A stretch of DNA of 56,634 nucleotides, counting the filler, from Sluysia triapertura (Eukaryota), in assembly GCA_046118255.1 (NCBI GenBank). It is 3 parts of 3 records of this genome, joined end to end, with 100 filler letters (N's around TTAATTAATTAA, not from the genome) between each part and the next. Parts side by side here need not be neighbours in the genome. Positions count along the whole stretch, not along the records: positions 37,412 to 56,634 come from JBJNIA010088686.1; 2 more parts are not named here. One strand, 5' to 3'. The translations under genes were made by a program, and so were the position numbers. Below the pieces are notes generated by a model that worked only from the letters and a program-made list of their open reading frames with translations, searched no databases and was not told the DNA's origin. This document shows, in pieces, positions 51,611-56,634 of the stretch (position 1 is the stretch's first letter; each line of letters opens with the position of its first letter).

Positions 51611-52934
51611 ATTTATTGTAGCATTCGCTCTTACGTCAAAAAGTTAGGGCAACTAGGCCCAATTAAGCATTTCATTTCTGGTGTTAGAGATGAAGTGTCA
51701 ATAAAATAAACGAATAACTAAGAAAAAAAATATAGTGAAGAATATTTGTAAGATGTGCGACTAACACGATTTGCTAAGAACACCATAGGAAATTGAGGAA
51801 ATTAAAGAAATGTAATAAAAACTGCAAAGTCTTATTTTAAAATGAATTTTTTAATACATTTATTTAATGCAATAAAATTATTGTAGATCGATAATTCTTC
51901 CCAATAAACTTTTATTTAACCAAGCTGCTAATCTATAAATTTCTATTTTACCAATTACTAATATATGTCAATTTCCAAAATATATTATAAGTACCTATTA
52001 ATCTTATCATCGATAGTAATTTTCTCTTTCGATGTATTTTCCTTGGAATTGTTTTACAGTGAAATATACTTTCTTATATAGTATTTTTCGACAGTCAATC
52101 TCAATCTATAATTACTTTTGTTATACGGACAGCTTGACTCTACAATTGAATATTTGCACATAATTTAATCGTATATATATTTTGCTCTTATATCGCCAGT
52201 TTTTTCATATGATATTCAGTTCTATTTCACATTATGATACATTTGTAATCGTCTTGTTATTTATTCAATTCTATATTATGGTTATATTGATTTTCGTGGT
52301 ATTTCTTGTTTAATCTGGCTAGTTAATGTTCGTCATATAAGTAATTTTTACTATTTTCAAATTTCTGCCTTTTGAAAATATTATGGTTCTCGACGCAGTT
52401 TATTTTATTTTAAAATGTGAGAATCCGATGGCATCTGAAATAAAATAAAAACATATTAATAATTTTAATATAATAATGATAAAAAATTTTTTAAACAAAA
52501 CAAATAAATGGAATAATAAAATAAATGAATAGTGAAAACTAACCGGATAATCACCTTTTTCTAAATAAAATAAATTTTGAATAAATAATTACGAGCACAC
52601 ACAAAATATAATAGTAGTAGTTATCAAAATAATGTCAATATAATTCCATTTTTTTACGTAATACTGAATTTAACCATACCTGTTTAAACGTATAAAGTAT
52701 GAATATTTAGTTCGAAACATTTTCAATGAGCTGATCATCTATTACAAGCTACAATTTATAGTATATGTTTCGTTTTACGTCAAATAGCGGAAAGGCAATA
52801 TTTAGATTTAAATATATTATTTCTAAATCTGATCTCGGGTTGGAGAAACAAAAAAGTAAGTATCAAAAGTAAGTAAAGTGATTCAAATTTTATTTTACTG
52901 ACGTTATGAATAGAACCATTATTGAAAATGTTTA

Positions 52935-53155
52935 ATTGTATAATAGAAAAAGTTTTAATGAATCTATTGCTTAAATGACAAACTAATATTATCGTATAAT
53001 AGAAAATAATAAATTACAATAAAGTATCATCAATGGATTTATTGTAATAGTAAAGAAATAATACTATTATGTAATAGAAAGTAATAAATAAAAATGAAAG
53101 TATTGTTAATACTATCGTATAATAGAAAGTAATAAATTACAATAAAATTGTTATT
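52935..53155. repeat. Degenerate ~45-bp tandem repeat
   Basis: Recurrent AATACTATCGTATAATAGAAAGTAATAAATTACAATAAA units. Confidence 0.6.
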
Positions 53156-54476
53156 ACATCAATTAAAAATAGTACAACTATATAAAATGAAATTATAGTA
53201 TATGTAGTACATAACACAATTGTTATATATTGGTCTGATTTGTTCCATATGGATCTGAAAATATAATAATTAATAGTAATATTTTAATAAAAAATTAATA
53301 ATAATAATAATGCATGCACTTTGTATAATTTTCTGCATTCTAAAACAAATAAAGATCAATTACTCAAATAAATAAAAGAATACAAATGAAAAAATAATAT
53401 TTTAATTATTAAATAAATAAATAAGAAAATCGCATAAAATTTATTTTACCTTTGTAAACATTGAATTGGTATATAAAGATCAGCTAAAAAACTTTACACC
53501 TCCAAGTTGGGATCTATTACTCGTGTTGAGAATTTTACAAATTCAGCAAAAAAAATTTGGTTGCGACTTGGAACCGTACGTTATAATAATTTGGTAAATA
53601 AATATTCAACGAATATTTGGTTACAGTAATTTTACGATTTGGAACGGTTCATTTTCAATATCATCTTGGCCAATTATTTCAGAGTAATACACCAAGTTCA
53701 AACTAAAATAAGTTTTGCGACAGAATATTCACCAATTTAGCTCAATTCGTTAACTATATAGGGAACTTGATAATATATTGTCAATTCGATTTTACCTAAA
53801 ATTTCGTAAGTTATTAATATTAAGTTTTTTCTTATTTTTCTTATATTTTTTCTTATAATTTGTTCCTTAATTTATTCGTTGATTAGTACATCTCTAATTT
53901 TCAGTCAGAGACAATTTTGTAAATTAAAATTGTATTAAGGATTAGAACGTAACTGATTAATCATAACATTATATATAATTATAATTTGTTTTTCAGCTAT
54001 TCTATACTTTTGTCATATAATATTATTCAACAATTACATCAATATATGCATCTGTATTATTTTGTAGCTAATCCATTTATGTTATTATTTGGTGATAAAG
54101 GTATCATTTGGCATACGTGAACGGCATTATTAGGTTTCATCTGGTACATGATAAGCAATAATATCTTGTTATACAAATCATAAAGTTACAAGGAGAAGTT
54201 ATAATATTTAGGAAGATCTTCAAGGTATAATTTGGCATTTGTAATATTATTTATTTATTATTTACGTTTATATTATCATATTTCAGCTATTTTATATCAT
54301 TTTTTCTTATATATATTTTAAATTCTATACACTACTGTACAATCCTAACAATATGATATTATTATTGAGTTTTATTAGGATTTTTAATGATGAACTATTG
54401 CAAAGCACGTTAACATAGATAACGTAACAATTAGTTATTTTTATTAATTTTTATAATTTAAAATTAAATTTAAATA

Positions 54477-54860
54477 TGTTCCGATGTTTAAATATTAATA
54501 AAGTATTGTGGAATTTTATTTAAAGTAGAATAATAAAATAAAGAGAAAGTTTTAACGTGAGTCCACCAACGTATTGGGCTTACCAGTTAGGGCCAGACGT
54601 TGGATTTGTGAATAAAAGGATTCTTAAGTAAGGTTAAAAGAAATGCTTAAAAGGTTTTGTTAATGATGCTAGTTTATATCTTGACAGTGAAATATTAAAA
54701 ATTTTCTGGAGGTAAATTTTAATACTAATGAATTTTATGAAATTTTATTTAAATAATCAAAATTAATAATAATAATGTTCTTAGGATTATTTTACGTAGA
54801 TTCTTTGAAATGGAATCTCAAAAAAGATTTTAAGAAATTGGATTTAAATTCCAATTGTTG
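54477..54860 (+). repeat. LTR-like repeat family P, copy C
   Basis: Possible start TGTTCCGATG (54477); core 54552-54607; TGGAGGTAA near 54707; hairpins 54798-54818 and 54836-54856. Confidence 0.55.
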
Positions 54861-56092
54861 AAAACGTGTTTTTTTATGGATTTTATATTTGCAATTATGT
54901 AAATTGAATAAAGAGACTCGATTTTAATAATTTATTATAAAACAATAATAAAATGCACATAATAGTAATATTAATAACAATTAATTTGCGTATTTTAACT
55001 CAACAGAAGTTAAAATAAAAATCAAATGAATTTACAAATGAATTTATCGTTAGATCTATTATAAGATCCAAAAAATTAATTCACAAAGAGAGTTTAAGTA
55101 TGAATTTACGCTGAAATTGTTAATATCTTGACTTATCACAATTAAACTAACGTAACGTTAAATAAAATTTATTTTGAAGCGTGATAGCAAACTGATTTCG
55201 ATTCGTAAACCACGAATTCCAATATTAAAAGAAGACTTATAATAACTAGTTGTATTGAAGACCTTTAAAAGTTGACATTGTGTCAACAAAAACTGTGTAT
55301 CAAAATTGAATTATCAATTTGTGTAATAAAAATTGTGGCTATTTATAATTGTTTTAGTCTGACCTTGGCCAGATTAAAACAAATTATTTTAATTATTAAA
55401 TTAAAACAATTTTCATTAATTTTAAAATTTGAAAAACAATAATTTCATCAAAAACAACAATTTCATTAAAATTAATTTTAGAATTTAAAAATCGCTTACA
55501 TTTTTTCCAATTCAAAATTTGAAAAATCCGAAATTAAAAAATCATTATTAAAGTAATCTAAGATTAATAATCTATAATTAAAAAATCCATAATTAACAAT
55601 ATTAATATATCAATTGTTCATTACATTACAACAATCAATGTATAAATCAAAGTGTCAAAGTATAGACCAAATCGCAAATCATTTGCATAATCACAAATCA
55701 GTTACAATCACAAATCATTACTTAACTTGACTTGCAACGTATGGTTGGTGCACAACGTATTATTATTTATTGTCAATATGTAAATTCTGAAATTCTAAAA
55801 ATAAACCTTAACACGCACAAGAATTATATTTTTATCGATTATGTCAATATGTAATTCTACATACATAAATATGTCATTTCTAAAAATAAATATTGATTAT
55901 TGTGTGTAATAATAATATTTTGTAATTCTAATATGTAATTCTAAAAATAATTTATTTCGACGATATTATTATTATTTATTTACTATTATTATTTAGCATT
56001 TATTTATTATTTGAAATCATTATTAATATTATTTTCAATTCTTTAAAACTTGCATTTCTTTAAATTAAACAAAAAATATTTCTAAAAATATC

Positions 56093-56190
56093 GGTCAAGG
56101 TGACCAATTTTTACTATAAATGCATATACAAAATTCACAACTCACACACAAAATTTTTTTACAAATCTCCTGCAAAACTTCTCCTAGTTG
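56093..56190 (+). repeat. Dispersed repeat beginning GGTCAAGGTGACC (other copy 40496-40590)
   Basis: About 95 bp of similarity between the two loci. Confidence 0.6.
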
Positions 56191-56634
56191 GTCTAATTTG
56201 GAAATACAATATAAATCGTTGGCGAAATCCTTTTTTGTGGCATATCACATCAGTTTAAGTCGGAAATATAATAATTGGAAGCTTTTGGAACCATATTGCT
56301 GGAATAGTTCACAATTTATTTGGAGCAATACTTTGACTGTTTTCTATTTATATGTACCTTAGTTTGTTAACAATAAGCTTTTTCACTTTTAATCGATTGT
56401 AAAATATGTCTATTTTATTTAAATATTTTTTAAACCCCCTTTTTAAGAGGGAGGTAATTAACTAACAGAAGATTATATTATAACCTTTTTAAAAGTTATT
56501 GTAGGGAATTCATCACATAAAATCCATCACATTTCATCGCATAAAAACACTCCACAGATACACAAACTATTAAACAAACTACTAAACTCATTTAAAAATA
56601 AACACGACCATCACATCTAACTATCATCAGCTAT

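Noticed and set aside
54545-54603. Family-P pseudoknot as a -1 frameshift signal, pistol or HDV ribozyme
   Set aside because: TTTTAAC is not an X XXY YYZ heptamer, there is no spacer or ORF context, GTTAGGGCCA lacks the downstream pistol partner CCCTAA, and the HDV P3/P1.1 core is absent.

Overview
Very AT-rich eukaryotic (animal) scaffold with three N-gaps. GT-AG introns as short as 32 nt and a ciliary NME8/9 gene suggest a compact invertebrate genome such as an orthonectid (inference only). One apparently intact gene can be reconstructed by hand: a 9-exon thioredoxin + 3x NDK-domain protein (NME8/TXNDC3, dynein IC1-like; 1432-16279, ~635 aa). Two divergent apextrin C-terminal (ApeC)-like gene relics lie on the minus strand. 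Most of the rest is decayed mobile DNA: Merlin, DD39D and rosa-type Tc1/mariner transposases, piggyBac and hAT MITEs, a tRNA-derived SINE family, Gypsy gag-pol relics and several LTR-like repeat families. The main leads are: (1) a Gypsy relic with a chuvirus-like glycoprotein upstream of the integrase and an FN3-like membrane protein in frame with the integrase C-terminus; (2) a ~50-nt pseudoknot motif in four dispersed copies with compensatory changes, followed by arrays of variable-loop hairpins; (3) short host-gene fragments (sim bHLH, cGMP-dependent kinase, UFL1, phosphorylase kinase gamma) set among retroelement debris. All homology calls come from manual translation and motif recognition, not database searches.
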